Assembly (NCBI GenBank): GCA_963780225.1
Contig: CAWAAX010000026.1
Location: forward strand, 160,001 to 224,000
Length of the DNA: 64,000 nt
From: an uncultured bacterium
Lineage (GTDB): Bacteria > Edwardsbacteria > AC1 > EtOH8
Direction of reading: 5' to 3'
Shown: in pieces, positions 41,043-52,036 of the stretch
Layout of the letters: every line of letters begins with the position of its first letter
How positions within the stretch are numbered: the stretch's first letter is position 1
The notes under the pieces: generated by a model
What the model saw: only the letters and a program-made list of their open reading frames with translations
What the model was told of the DNA's origin: nothing
Databases searched by the model: none
Program-made: the position numbers and the translations under genes

Positions 41043-42947
41043 ATGACATTACGCAGAAAAACCATTCTTATTACTGCCGGAACCCTGGTGGTTTTAATGG
41101 CGATTTTATATGCCGGCTCCCGCTTTATTTTTCTTAACAACCTGGCCAAAATTGAACGCCAATATGTTTTGCATAATACCCAGAGGTCGGTCAGCGTTTT
41201 AAACCGCGAGCTGGATTGGCTTAATTCCCTTGATTTCGATTGGGCCAACTGGGATGATACTTACAATTTTATGGCCAATAGAAACCCCGGTTTTGTAAAA
41301 ACCTACGTAAACGCCAATATCCTTAAACAATTAGGGATCGATCTGATCGCTTTTGTGGATCTTTCCGGGAAGGTTTTTTTAGCGAAATCTTTTGATCTGT
41401 CCACCATGGCCGAGATTCCGGTGCCCAATGGTCTTCAAAATGCAATCCTCCAAGATCCGAGGCTCTTCCGGCATAAGGAAACCCGCGCCAGATTGACCGG
41501 TATCATGGCGTTATCTGATAATTTGATATTGATGGCATCGCGTCCGGTGGTTACCTCCGAATCCAAGGGCCCGATAAGGGGCGCCTTGATTTTCGGCAAA
41601 TATCTTGATTCCATGGAAATCGAGAAAATCTCACGGGAATCATTTACTACCATAAATATTATTTCCCGTGAACACCTGCTGGCTGAGAACAAAACGATTT
41701 ATTCTAAAATGAATAATCCCGGGGATTCTACGGTTTTCGCTTTTAGTAGCGATCAAATATCAGGATTTGTAATGTTACCCGACATCAATGGCCGGCCGGC
41801 TCTGATTTTAGAAGCTAAAATGTCAAGGGATATTTACCAGGAAGGCCGGCGGGGTGTTGTTTTATTCCTGTTCTTTATGCTGGGAGCCGGTTTTATTTTT
41901 GGGGCGACAATACTGCTGTTTTTGGAGCGTGTGGTATTATTGCGGTTGACCGACCTTGGTCTTCAGGTGGAAAAGGTAGGCAAAAGCGAGGATCTTTCCG
42001 TTAGAATGAAAATCTCAGGAAAGGACGAACTGTCGTACCTGTCCGAGGAGATAAACAGCATGCTGGCGGCTTTGGAAAATTCCAAAAACGAGATCAAGCA
42101 AAGCCAGGATAACTACCGGCAACTGGTGGACCTTTCCCCGGTGGCCATTATAGTTCACAGCCAGGAAAGGCTGGTGTATGTCAATCCCTCGGCGGTAAAA
42201 CTGCTGAAGGCCGAACGGGAAGAGGATCTGGTGGGCAGAAGCCTTTACGACCTGATCCCTCCCGGAGAGAGGGAAAAGGCCAAACAGCGCATTTCCCTGG
42301 TAAAATCGGGCAAGAAAGTGTCAACTTTCCTTAATGCCCAGATGTTAAAGCTTGACGGCCAAATGCTGGACGTAGATATCATTTCCATGCCCTTGGTTTT
42401 TCAGGGCGAGCCGTCCGTCCAGGTAGTGATCCACGATATTTCCGAGAGCAAGCAGACCGAAAAGCAGCTGAGGTATTTAAGCACCCATGACAGTTTGACT
42501 GGGCTGTACAACAGAGGGTTTTTTGAAGCCGAAATGGCCCGTTTAGACAACGGCCGCAACTTTCCAATCAGCATCGTGGTCGTCGATATTGACGGTCTTA
42601 AAAAAGTCAACGATAGCGCCGGCCATCAGGCCGGCGATAAACTGCTGCAACAAGCGGCCCTCTTTCTAAAAGAGGCCTTCCGGTCCGAGGATGTGGTAGC
42701 CAGGGTTGGCGGGGATGAGTTTTCAATTTTAATGCCTAAGGCAAATTCAGCAGTAGTGGATCGCGCCCTAAACAGAATTAGGGCCGACCTTGAATTCCAC
42801 AATAAAGAGAACAAGGACATCCCCTTGAGTTTTTCCTGCGGAGCTGCTACCGGCGAAAAGAACGGTTCATTGGAGGAAATCTTAAGGCAGGCGGACCTGC
42901 TCATGTATCAAAAGAAACACAGCAAGAATAACGCGTCACCTCTTTAA
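41043..42947 (+). CDS. CHASE4-HAMP-PAS-GGDEF diguanylate cyclase
   Basis: DWANWDDTY, DELSYL, PAS segment, HDSLTGLYNR and GGDEF. Confidence 0.92.
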   Translation: MTLRRKTILITAGTLVVLMAILYAGSRFIFLNNLAKIERQYVLHNTQRSVSVLNRELDWLNSLDFDWANWDDTYNFMANRNPGFVKTYVNANILKQLGIDLIAFVDLSGKVFLAKSFDLSTMAEIPVPNGLQNAILQDPRLFRHKETRARLTGIMALSDNLILMASRPVVTSESKGPIRGALIFGKYLDSMEIEKISRESFTTINIISREHLLAENKTIYSKMNNPGDSTVFAFSSDQISGFVMLPDINGRPALILEAKMSRDIYQEGRRGVVLFLFFMLGAGFIFGATILLFLERVVLLRLTDLGLQVEKVGKSEDLSVRMKISGKDELSYLSEEINSMLAALENSKNEIKQSQDNYRQLVDLSPVAIIVHSQERLVYVNPSAVKLLKAEREEDLVGRSLYDLIPPGEREKAKQRISLVKSGKKVSTFLNAQMLKLDGQMLDVDIISMPLVFQGEPSVQVVIHDISESKQTEKQLRYLSTHDSLTGLYNRGFFEAEMARLDNGRNFPISIVVVDIDGLKKVNDSAGHQAGDKLLQQAALFLKEAFRSEDVVARVGGDEFSILMPKANSAVVDRALNRIRADLEFHNKENKDIPLSFSCGAATGEKNGSLEEILRQADLLMYQKKHSKNNASPL

Positions 42948-43180
42948 ACGATAAAGGCGGCAATAATCTGATATCCGAGCTCTTTTCCGGATCATTATAG
43001 TCCAGGCAGAGACTGGAGCAGTGTATTTTCTGGCCGGAGCGAAGCTTGGAAGAAGACACATTTGTTAGGCGGATGCATGACCATAGTTACCTCCGGCCTC
43101 CATACAATCCTTAATTGGGAATGGGTGAAATCAAATTTCAATCATAAGAAAGATTAATTTTAACAAAGGATGGTTATACC

Positions 43181-44309
43181 TTGACAATCGCTGAATTGAA
43201 AGAAAGCTGCCGGATAGCCGATGAAAACATAAAAAACCTGCGGAGGTATCTTTGACCTCGGTAAGTTAGAGCGGGAATTATTGCAATACGAGGATCAGAT
43301 GGCCTCGCCAGGTTTCTGGAACGACAACCTTAGGGCCAAGGAAGTGATAGCCCAGGCCAATTTGCGCAAGGATTGGGTGGAGGCTTGGCGGCAGTTGGAC
43401 AGGAAATGCACCGATGCCGCCGACCTGCTGGAGATGGTGGAGGCGGATGATATTGCTTCGCTGGCAGAGATAGAAAACGACCTGAAGTCGCTGGACCAGG
43501 GAATAGAGTCCTTGGAGTACCGCCATATGTTGCGGGGCGAGGACGATGCCCGGGACGCAATCCTGTCAATTCATCCCGGGGCCGGCGGCACCGAAAGCCA
43601 GGACTGGGCCGAGATGCTGCTTAGGATGTACACCCGGTGGATGGACCGCAACGGTTATGCTTACAAGATGATCGATCTCCAGCCCGGCGATGAGGCCGGG
43701 ATCAAAAGCGTTACCATGGAGGTCATCGGGAAATACGCCTTCGGGTATCTCAAGGCCGAGATCGGGGTGCACCGGCTGGTGCGGATCTCCCCCTTTGACG
43801 CCAACAAAAGGCGGCACACCTCCTTCGCCTCCATCTTCGTCTATCCCGAGGTCGACGACGAGATCAAGGTGGACATCGCCGAGGCTGACCTGCGGATCGA
43901 CGTTTACCGGGCCGGTTCGGCCGGGGGCCAGAACGTCAACAAAGTGGAGACGGCCATCCGGATGGTGCACATTCCCACCGGAATCGTGGTCTGCAGCCAG
44001 AACGAACGCTCCCAGTACCAGAACCGGATCAACGCCATGAAGGTACTAAGGGCCAGGCTTTATCAGCACTATAAGGCCGAGGAGGACAAGAAAAGACAGC
44101 ATCTGGAAGCCGGCAAGGCCGACATCGCCTGGGGCAGCCAGATCCGCTCCTATGTCTTTCAGCCATACACCATGGTCAAGGACCACCGCACCGGCCAGCA
44201 GTCCGGTGATGTGCCGGCAGTGATGAACGGCGACCTGGATAAGTTCATTTTTGCCTATTTAAAAACCGGTGGCAAGTTTGATAAAACAGAACAAAACGAT
44301 GATATGTAG
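43181..44309 (+). CDS. prfB: Peptide chain release factor 2 with programmed +1 frameshift
   Basis: TTG start, internal GGAGG and CTT-TGA-C at 43250-43256, SPF and GGQ motifs. Confidence 0.96.
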
Positions 44310-44634
44310 ATACCCATGGGCAGAACCTCCGGGTATGTACGTGCAGATTAATACAGATTATAACGAAATTTTGCACCTAAAAAATTAAACTTGCATAGAA
44401 AAATCTGCCATTGTATAGGGATAGTTAACTTAACTCTGTTAAATATTCTACCACCGCAGGATTATACATATAGACGGAAACTCCTGTGGCGTGAGCAGAT
44501 AGAAAAGGTTTTAGGAGTATGGCATCGGAGCAAATTGGATAGGCATTATTGCAAAAAGTATCAATTTTGCAACAGAGTGGATCAAGCCGTTTTGCAATAA
44601 TATGATTTGCAACATGTTGCAAATATCGCAAAAC

Positions 44635-44650
44635 TGGCACAAAACTTGCA
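44635..44650 (+). promoter_or_regulatory. Sigma54 (-24/-12) promoter
   Basis: TGGCAC-AAAAC-TTGCA (GG-N10-GC). Confidence 0.7.
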
Positions 44651-44772
44651 ATAATAGAATATAGATATAATTTTAGCTAAATTAAATTATTGACAATATA
44701 TCTTGCACTTAAAATAATGATAGCTAATCAATTATAAAAAAACCGGATTACACTGTAAAAATTGAGGGTAAT

Positions 44773-46188
44773 ATGAAAATTTTGAATAAAATAATTATGG
44801 TTCTCCTGTTATTGTTTATTAGTGTCTCAACAGGATGGGCCGAATCAGCAGTTTTGCCGGCGAATTCAATCTTGGCCAGCAATGGAACCTGGAATAATCT
44901 TTCCAATAGCTATGCCGACGATGCACTTTATGCCAGCGGAATTGGCTCGCCTACAGGGAAATACTATTTCCGGGCGGGCTTGGAGAATATTACGGACACC
45001 ATCAATCGAACCATCACCCAGGTTGTCATCTATACCAAGGGTTATTCCAGCTATTCCAAATCCAGAATGCTACTTCAACCTTATTGGGGCGATTCTGCCG
45101 GATTGACGTCTGGCACCATTAGGGTGGGGACCACCGAGGTTCTTAACTCTTTCAATATCACCAGTCAAAAAGCTGCCTGGACCTGGCAGGATATTAATAA
45201 TTTAAATATAAAATTTATTCCGAAAACTTATGCAACTTATTATGTAAATTACATCTTTGCAGTAGTCACTTATATTGACACCAGCACCGTAAGCGGCAAT
45301 CACCACTTTGAATTTGCTTTTATAGCCAGCCCGGAAACATTGGGAGTGGCGTTCCCCGTTTCCATAGTAGCCAAGGATGACTTGGGGGACACTGTTTACA
45401 CCTATAACGGCACGGTATCGGTTAAGGAGTTAACCGGAACCATTACTCCAATTTCCGCCACCTTTACTTCCGGGGTATGTAATTTCAATCCGGTCATTAA
45501 TGACGTGATGGCCGACAACGCCATTGAAATAAGCGACGGGGATACCTTTGCCGTCAGTAACGGCTTTGAGGTGATCGATGCCGGCTTACATCACTTCAGT
45601 TTTGAACCCATCACAACGCCGCAAACGGTGGATGTCCCATTTGTTATAAGCATTATTGCCAGTAACTTTTTTGGAGACACGGTAACCACCTTTACCGGTA
45701 AAGTGGATCTTTGGGATAATACCGGAACCATAACCCCGGATTCGTCAGGGGCATTTGCTTCCGGAGTCTGGAGCGGGAATGTTACCATAGGGACCGAAAA
45801 CGCCGCGGACAGCATATATTGTTCCTATTTCTCCACTAAGTCGTTTGCGGGATACAGCAATGGATTTGAAATACAAACACCATCTGGCGTCGCCGGCGAT
45901 GGAACGGGAAATAGTGCAATAAAAGCCTTTAGCTTAAAAATTGTGCCGAATCCAGTATCGGATAAAGCAGAAATTGCATTGAATTTACCTGATGCGGGAA
46001 AAACAACCGCGATATTGTATAATATTGTTGGTCAGGAAGTAATCAGAAGGGATTTTGGATACCTGTCATCGGGCAATTCCAATTTTAGTTGGAATCTTGG
46101 CCGGAATATTCCACAGGGGCTTTATTTCATGAGGGTTATAATAAACGGGAAACAGGCAGGTTTTAAAAAATTGGTGATTTTGAACTAA
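44773..46188 (+). CDS. Secreted protein with duplicated Ig-like domain and T9SS-like C-terminal domain
   Basis: Signal peptide, two HHF.F repeats and a PNP..YNIVGQ..GLYF tail. Confidence 0.8.
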   Translation: MKILNKIIMVLLLLFISVSTGWAESAVLPANSILASNGTWNNLSNSYADDALYASGIGSPTGKYYFRAGLENITDTINRTITQVVIYTKGYSSYSKSRMLLQPYWGDSAGLTSGTIRVGTTEVLNSFNITSQKAAWTWQDINNLNIKFIPKTYATYYVNYIFAVVTYIDTSTVSGNHHFEFAFIASPETLGVAFPVSIVAKDDLGDTVYTYNGTVSVKELTGTITPISATFTSGVCNFNPVINDVMADNAIEISDGDTFAVSNGFEVIDAGLHHFSFEPITTPQTVDVPFVISIIASNFFGDTVTTFTGKVDLWDNTGTITPDSSGAFASGVWSGNVTIGTENAADSIYCSYFSTKSFAGYSNGFEIQTPSGVAGDGTGNSAIKAFSLKIVPNPVSDKAEIALNLPDAGKTTAILYNIVGQEVIRRDFGYLSSGNSNFSWNLGRNIPQGLYFMRVIINGKQAGFKKLVILN

Positions 46189-46209
46189 TTTCTAAATACG
46201 ACTGCTATT

Positions 46210-46237
46210 AAAAAGCCCGTTTTAAACGGGCTTTTTT
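46210..46237 (+). terminator. Intrinsic terminator
   Basis: AAAAAGCCCGTTTTAAACGGGCTTTTTT. Confidence 0.85.
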
Positions 46238-46429
46238 GCTTGACTAAACAGCACTAAGTTTGGTAAATTTACGATTGTGGGCCTGCCCTGGAATTACGGA
46301 AGTACTGAAACACGGAATTACGGCCGAAAAATAAAAAGGCTGTGCTATTTATTTTCAGTACATTCAGTGTCTTTTTGGTAATACTAAATAAATTGCTGTT
46401 TGTCAAAGGGCTAAACTTATGGAGGATCT

Positions 46430-47728
46430 ATGAAATTAGACTGGGTTTACATTTCGGAAATAGGAAAACACCTGGGCCAGGAGGTGACCCTCAAGGGCTG
46501 GCTTTATAACAAGCGCTCCTCGGGCAAGATCCACTTTTTGCAGATCCGGGACGGCTCGGGCGTGATCCAGGGCGTAATGGTCAAGAGCGAGGTGGGGGAT
46601 GTGGTCTTTGAACTGGGCGACAAGGTCACCCAGGAATCCTCCATCATCGTCAAGGGACTGGTCAAGGAGGACAAGCGGTCGCCCTCGGGTTACGAGATGG
46701 GGATCACCGGTCTGACGATAGTCCAGCTGACCCAGGACTATCCCATCACTCCCAAGGAACACGGGCCGGCCTTTTTGATGGAGCACCGCCACCTGTGGAT
46801 GCGCTCGTCCAAGCAGCACGCCACCCTCCGGGTCCGCGACACCATAGAGCAGGCCATTCACGCCTACATGCATAAAGAAGGGTTCATCCATACCCCGGCC
46901 CCTATTCTGACCCCCACCTCCTGCGAGGGCACCACCACTCTGTTCCAGACGGATTACTTCGGCGAGCCGGCCTTCCTCTCCCAGTCCGGGCAGATGTACA
47001 TCGAGGCCACCGCCGCGGCCTTCGGCAAGGTCTACACCTTCACCCCGGCCTTTAGGGCTGAGAAGTCCAAGACCCGCCGCCACCTGACCGAACTGTGGAT
47101 GATGGACGCCGAGGCCAGCTACTTTGAGCACGCCGAGAACATGCAGTGCCAGGAGGGGATGATCTGCGCAGTGGTGGAGAGGGTCTTAAGCGAATGCCAG
47201 AGCGAACTGAAGACACTGGAGCGCGACACCGCTCCGCTGGAGAAGATCAAGGGCCCGTTCCCGAAGATATCCTACAAAGAAGCGGTGGAATTGTGCAACA
47301 AGGCCGGGGTCCACATAGAATACGGGGAGGATTTTGGGGCCCCGCACGACACCGCCATTGCAGGCTCGTTCGAGCGGCCGGTGTTCGTGGACCGCTTTCC
47401 GGCGGCCATCAAGTCCTTTTACATGCAGCCGGATCCCCAGGATCCATCAGTGGTGCTGGGTTCCGACCTCTACGCCCCGGAGGGCTATGGCGAGATCATA
47501 GGCGGCAGCCAGAGGATACACAACCTGGACCTTTTGCTGAAGAAGATGGAGGAGCACAAGGTGCCTTACGAGCCTTATAAATGGTACGTGGACCTGAGGC
47601 GCTACGGCAGCGTGCCTCACTCCGGATTCGGCATCGGCATCGAGCGCACGGTCTGCTGGATGTGCGGCCTGTCGCACATCCGCGAGGCCATACCCTTTGC
47701 CCGGATGCTGGAGAAGATATACCCGTGA
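46430..47728 (+). CDS. asnS: Asparagine--tRNA ligase
   Basis: [29 protein letters not shown] and [11 protein letters not shown]. Confidence 0.95.
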   Translation: MKLDWVYISEIGKHLGQEVTLKGWLYNKRSSGKIHFLQIRDGSGVIQGVMVKSEVGDVVFELGDKVTQESSIIVKGLVKEDKRSPSGYEMGITGLTIVQLTQDYPITPKEHGPAFLMEHRHLWMRSSKQHATLRVRDTIEQAIHAYMHKEGFIHTPAPILTPTSCEGTTTLFQTDYFGEPAFLSQSGQMYIEATAAAFGKVYTFTPAFRAEKSKTRRHLTELWMMDAEASYFEHAENMQCQEGMICAVVERVLSECQSELKTLERDTAPLEKIKGPFPKISYKEAVELCNKAGVHIEYGEDFGAPHDTAIAGSFERPVFVDRFPAAIKSFYMQPDPQDPSVVLGSDLYAPEGYGEIIGGSQRIHNLDLLLKKMEEHKVPYEPYKWYVDLRRYGSVPHSGFGIGIERTVCWMCGLSHIREAIPFARMLEKIYP

Positions 47729-47799
47729 CGACCTAACCCCAACCCCTTCCCGATGCGGGAAGGGGCTTTTGTAGCAGGTTATTTTTTCATGAAAGAAAT

Positions 47800-48444
47800 A
47801 TGTCAAACAAACATAAAATATTCTGGCAGATTATTTTCCCAGTCCTGGTTTTGCTGGTCTTTTTCGGCTGCGGGCCAAGGCCCCAGGGTACGCCATATTC
47901 TGAAGCAATTGAGATCAACCGGGAGCCGGAGCAATACCCGGTAGATGACGTGCCGGAGTTCATCTTCCAGCCTAACCGCAAAAAATACCTGATCAAACCC
48001 AGGGCCGAATATTATCTGGACGGTGTGGTCCTGGGCAAGGAAAGATATGTTTACGACCGGGGGGCCGACATTGCCCCATACGATCTGGCCATCGCCTGGA
48101 ACAAACTGGTGCTGACCAAGCTTTACAAGCAGCTCAAGTGGTCGCAAGAGGGACGGTGGTATCTGTGGCGCTATAACGATGACTTTCCCTTTGACAATGT
48201 CTTCGTGGCCCGGTATTCCGCCAACAACCACATCATTCCGGCCAACCGCAACCTCCGGGCGGTGCTGGGCCTGGTGCGGGAAGGGCAGAGCATAGGGCTT
48301 TCTGGTTACTTAGTCAACGTCAGCCAGGCCGAGGGCGAGGAATTCACCTGGAACAGCTCGCTCAGCCGGGAGGATGAGGGCGGTGGCTCCTGCGAGGTGT
48401 TCTATGTGACGGAGATCAGGTACAAGGGGATGAGTTATAAATGA
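47800..48444 (+). CDS. Hypothetical lipoprotein
   Basis: FFGC lipobox, ANNHIIPAN and GYLV..CEVFYV. Confidence 0.75.
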   Translation: MSNKHKIFWQIIFPVLVLLVFFGCGPRPQGTPYSEAIEINREPEQYPVDDVPEFIFQPNRKKYLIKPRAEYYLDGVVLGKERYVYDRGADIAPYDLAIAWNKLVLTKLYKQLKWSQEGRWYLWRYNDDFPFDNVFVARYSANNHIIPANRNLRAVLGLVREGQSIGLSGYLVNVSQAEGEEFTWNSSLSREDEGGGSCEVFYVTEIRYKGMSYK

Positions 48445-48455
48445 TGCAGTCCTGT

Positions 48456-48495
48456 AAAAAAGGGGGGAACATTGTCAACAATGTTCCCCCCTTTT
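48456..48495. terminator. Bidirectional terminator
   Basis: AAAAGGGGGGAACATTG..CAATGTTCCCCCCTTTT between converging genes. Confidence 0.85.
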
Positions 48496-48511
48496 GCGTC
48501 AGTAGTTATTA

Positions 48512-49267
48512 TTACTGATAGGAGTCCCCGTAGTATGTAGATGAGCCAGATCCTAAGTTTGTTTTTCTGAGCACAATATTGAAGAAATTTTGGGCAAAGA
48601 TATAAGCCGGAGTGGATATATCCACTGAAGCACCTATATACAACTGGCTGTGATTAGACAGCCCGGTTTGCAGGGTTAGGTGGTCCCCGAAATCATATCC
48701 GATAAAACCCACTATCGGTTGGTGTTCTGTTCCATAAATTCCGTCAAAGTAATATCCAAACCCTACGGAAAGCCTTTTCCACCAAAAATGCTGCTCATAC
48801 TCAGTGATTTCGTCTTCGATCTTTTTTGCCCGGATCAACATGGAGTCCTTGAAGGGAAATTCGGTGACGGAAAGAATGTTCCGCAGCTTGGCGATCCTGG
48901 TCAGCACATAGTTGTTACGGACTCTTTTTGGGTTATGAAGATTATATTTGAATGACATAAAAATGCCCACACTATCCCTGTGTTCCTTGGGGCCGGTGGT
49001 ACTGTGCCAAAGGCCCGGCCCGGCATGAACTTCAAAATATATGCGCTCCCGAGAGCGGTCGTCGATATCTTTTGAAAGGTTCAACACCGAGTTCAGTATC
49101 TCATACTCATTCAGCCTGTCAACGATGCTGTAACTTGAAGAATCGTGCAAGTTGATATTCTTAGTGATTCCCGAGCTTGGGTAATAGACATTTGGATAAT
49201 ACCTTTGGGCCGAGGCGCAGGTGCAAAGGAATAGTACAATTGTCAGAGCAAGGCTGATGCGTTTCAT
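48512..49267 (-). CDS. Hypothetical secreted protein
   Basis: GGAGG RBS and signal peptide. Confidence 0.7.
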   Translation of the reverse strand: MKRISLALTIVLFLCTCASAQRYYPNVYYPSSGITKNINLHDSSSYSIVDRLNEYEILNSVLNLSKDIDDRSRERIYFEVHAGPGLWHSTTGPKEHRDSVGIFMSFKYNLHNPKRVRNNYVLTRIAKLRNILSVTEFPFKDSMLIRAKKIEDEITEYEQHFWWKRLSVGFGYYFDGIYGTEHQPIVGFIGYDFGDHLTLQTGLSNHSQLYIGASVDISTPAYIFAQNFFNIVLRKTNLGSGSSTYYGDSYQ

Positions 49268-49474
49268 GGAATCCTCCGTTGTTTTATATTGTATCTAAAA
49301 CTCAACTTGCGGATCTAACGGGGTATAAATTACCAAGTTCTTAGTCAGAACTATACAATCAAAAGATATGATTTGTCAATATAAATCTTTGTCGCCTCCA
49401 TTTTCGTTTTTCCTTGATATCCTGTGTTTTTTGGTGTATGATTATCTGTTCAATACATTATCAGGAATAGAATT

Positions 49475-50284
49475 ATGAGCGAAAAAATCACTACCCGGAC
49501 CCTGCTTAAAATGAAGCAAAAGGGCGAGAAGATAGCCAGCCTTACGGCCTATGATTTTCTCACCGCCCGGCTGCTGGATGAGTGCGGGATAGACCTGATA
49601 CTGGTGGGCGACTCGGCGGCCATGGTCTTCGCCGGCTACGAGAACACCCTGCCGATCACCATGGAAAACATGCTCTACCACACCGCCGCGGTCAAGCGCG
49701 GGGTCAAGCGGGCCATGGTGGTGGCCGACATGCCGTTCCTTTCCTACCAGACCTCCATCGCCGACGCGGCCTACAACGCCGGCCGGTTCCTCAAGGAATC
49801 GGGGGCCGAGGCGGTCAAGATCGAGGGCGGCCGGGTGGCGGCCCCCATCGTCAAGAACCTGGTGGAACGCGGCATACCGGTGATGGGCCATCTGGGGCTG
49901 ACCCCCCAGTCCATCCACAAGTTCGGGGGCTACCAACTGCAGGCCAAGGACAAGGAGTCAGCCGAGCGCCTGCTGGCGGCGGCCAAGGCTTTGGAGAGCG
50001 CCGGCTGTTTTGCCATCGTACTGGAAAAGATCCCGCACCAGGTGGCCCAGAGGGTCAGCCAGGAACTGAGCATCCCCACCATCGGCATCGGGGCCGGACC
50101 GCACTGCGACGGGCAGATCCTGGTGGTGGACGACATGGACGGGAGGTTCGAGGATTTTGTTCCCAAGTTCGTCAGGCAGTATGCCCACATAGCCAAGGAT
50201 ATGCGCCAAGCCTTTAAGGGGTACATCGGGGATGTTAAGGGGAAGAGTTTTCCGAACATGGAGGAGAGTTTTTCGGAGGAGTGA
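49475..50284 (+). CDS. panB: 3-methyl-2-oxobutanoate hydroxymethyltransferase
   Basis: TAYD, LVGDS, DMPF, GHLGLTPQ and IGIGAG. Confidence 0.97.
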   Translation: MSEKITTRTLLKMKQKGEKIASLTAYDFLTARLLDECGIDLILVGDSAAMVFAGYENTLPITMENMLYHTAAVKRGVKRAMVVADMPFLSYQTSIADAAYNAGRFLKESGAEAVKIEGGRVAAPIVKNLVERGIPVMGHLGLTPQSIHKFGGYQLQAKDKESAERLLAAAKALESAGCFAIVLEKIPHQVAQRVSQELSIPTIGIGAGPHCDGQILVVDDMDGRFEDFVPKFVRQYAHIAKDMRQAFKGYIGDVKGKSFPNMEESFSEE

Positions 50285-50358
50285 TTTCTGCCACAGAGAC
50301 ACAGAGAACTCAATAACTGTAGTCAGTAGTCACTATACAGTATTCAGTAAAGTTGCGA

Positions 50359-51201
50359 ATGCAAATAGTTAAAACAATAAAACAAATACGGCAGGCCGTT
50401 GCTTTGCAGAAGAAGCGGGGCAAGCGGATCGGCTTTGTGCCGACCATGGGGGCGTTGCACGAAGGGCATCTGTCGCTGATCCGTTTGGCGAATAAACATT
50501 CGGACTTTGTGGTGGTCTCGATTTTCGTTAACCCCACTCAGTTCGGGCCAAAAGAGGATTACAAGAAATATCCCCGGAACCTGAAGAAGGATGCGGCGCT
50601 CTGCCAGTCCGCCGGGGCTGACCTGATCTTTGCACCTTCTCCCGAGGAGATATATCCCAAAGGCTTTTCCACCTATGTCAACGTCGAGCACCTGACCCAA
50701 GGGCTGTGCGGGGCCTCGCGGCCCGGGCACTTCCGGGGCGTGGCCACGGTGGTCAGCAAGCTGTTCAACATCGTCCAGCCGGACGCCGCGGTCTTCGGGC
50801 AGAAGGACGCCCAGCAGCTGGCGGTGATCAGGCAGATGACCAAGGACCTGGACCTGCCGGTGAAGATCATCGGGGCGCCGATAGTGCGGGAAGCGGACGG
50901 CCTGGCCATGAGCTCGCGCAATGCGTATCTGACCCCGGAGGAACGCAAGCAGGCCGTGGCTCTGAGCAGGGCGCTAAAGCTGGCGGAGCTAAAAGTTAGA
51001 AACGGGGTAAAGGATGTAAAGGTGATAAAGGTAGAAATTGTCAAGTTGCTGAAGCACGATGCGCCGCTGGGGAAGATAGATTATATTGAAATAGTGGACA
51101 ATGGAACCTTGGAACCAGTGAAAAGAATTCGGGAAAATACCCTGATAGCTTTGGCGGTGAAATTTCCCAGTGCCAGGCTGATCGACAATATTGTCGTGTA
51201 G
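50359..51201 (+). CDS. panC: Pantoate--beta-alanine ligase
   Basis: PTMGALHEGH, FGQKDAQQ, MSSRN and RLIDN. Confidence 0.97.
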   Translation: MQIVKTIKQIRQAVALQKKRGKRIGFVPTMGALHEGHLSLIRLANKHSDFVVVSIFVNPTQFGPKEDYKKYPRNLKKDAALCQSAGADLIFAPSPEEIYPKGFSTYVNVEHLTQGLCGASRPGHFRGVATVVSKLFNIVQPDAAVFGQKDAQQLAVIRQMTKDLDLPVKIIGAPIVREADGLAMSSRNAYLTPEERKQAVALSRALKLAELKVRNGVKDVKVIKVEIVKLLKHDAPLGKIDYIEIVDNGTLEPVKRIRENTLIALAVKFPSARLIDNIVV

Positions 51202-51239
51202 ATTCATACAGATTCCATAAGATTCAAACGGATGGGAAT

Positions 51240-51635
51240 ATGGATAAGGACGAAAAGCTGATACATTCCGATCTCACCTATAAAATAATTGGGTTGTTCT
51301 TTAAAGTGCATACCCAATTGGGGTGTGGTTTTCCGGAAAGAATATATCAAAGGGCATTGGAACTTGAATTCCAAAATGAAGGCATTGAGTATAAAACAGA
51401 GAAAGAAATCAAAGTAATTTATAACAAGAAAATCGTCGGTTCTTTCAGGTTGGATTTGGTGATTGAAGAAAAAGTGATAATTGAAATCAAGGCTTTAGAG
51501 TATCTCCCCAAAGTAGCCAAGGAACAGCTAGTCTCTTATTTAAAGGCGACCCCATATGAAGTGGGTTTGCTATCCAACTTTGGCACACCCAAGCTGGAAT
51601 ATATTAGAATGGCTCGAAAGAACCCATCCGTCTGA
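51240..51635 (+). CDS. GxxExxY protein (PD-(D/E)XK nuclease-like)
   Basis: LGCGFPERIYQ, DLVIEEKVIIEIK and GLLSNFG. Confidence 0.93.
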   Translation: MDKDEKLIHSDLTYKIIGLFFKVHTQLGCGFPERIYQRALELEFQNEGIEYKTEKEIKVIYNKKIVGSFRLDLVIEEKVIIEIKALEYLPKVAKEQLVSYLKATPYEVGLLSNFGTPKLEYIRMARKNPSV

Positions 51636-51673
51636 ATCCGTAATATTCGTTTGAATCAAAGAGAAAGGCACCC

Positions 51674-52036
51674 ATGTTCCGTATCCTATGCAAATCCAAG
51701 ATCCACCGCGCCACCCTAACCGGGGCCAACCTGCACTACTCCGGCTCCATCGCCGTCGACGAGACCCTGATGGAAGCCGCCGACATCCTGCCCAACGAGA
51801 TCGTGCAGGTGGTGAACATCAACAACGGGAACCGCTTTGAGACCTACGTCATCAAGGCCCCCAAGAGGTCGGGCACCATCACCCTGAACGGGGCGGCGGC
51901 GCGGTTGGGCCTGGCCGGCGACAAGATCATCATCATCTCCTCCTGCTACAAGGAGGACGCCGAGGCCAGAAAGCACCAGCCCAAGATTGTCTGCGTGGAC
52001 GACAAGAACCGCATCGCCAAGAAGACCAAGCTATGA
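51674..52036 (+). CDS. panD: Aspartate 1-decarboxylase
   Basis: KSKIHRA..YSGSI..NGAAAR. Confidence 0.97.
   Translation: MFRILCKSKIHRATLTGANLHYSGSIAVDETLMEAADILPNEIVQVVNINNGNRFETYVIKAPKRSGTITLNGAAARLGLAGDKIIIISSCYKEDAEARKHQPKIVCVDDKNRIAKKTKL

Noticed and set aside
42960..43140. 6S RNA
   Set aside because: Only a partial hairpin, with no convincing closing stem and central bubble. An Rfam scan would be needed.
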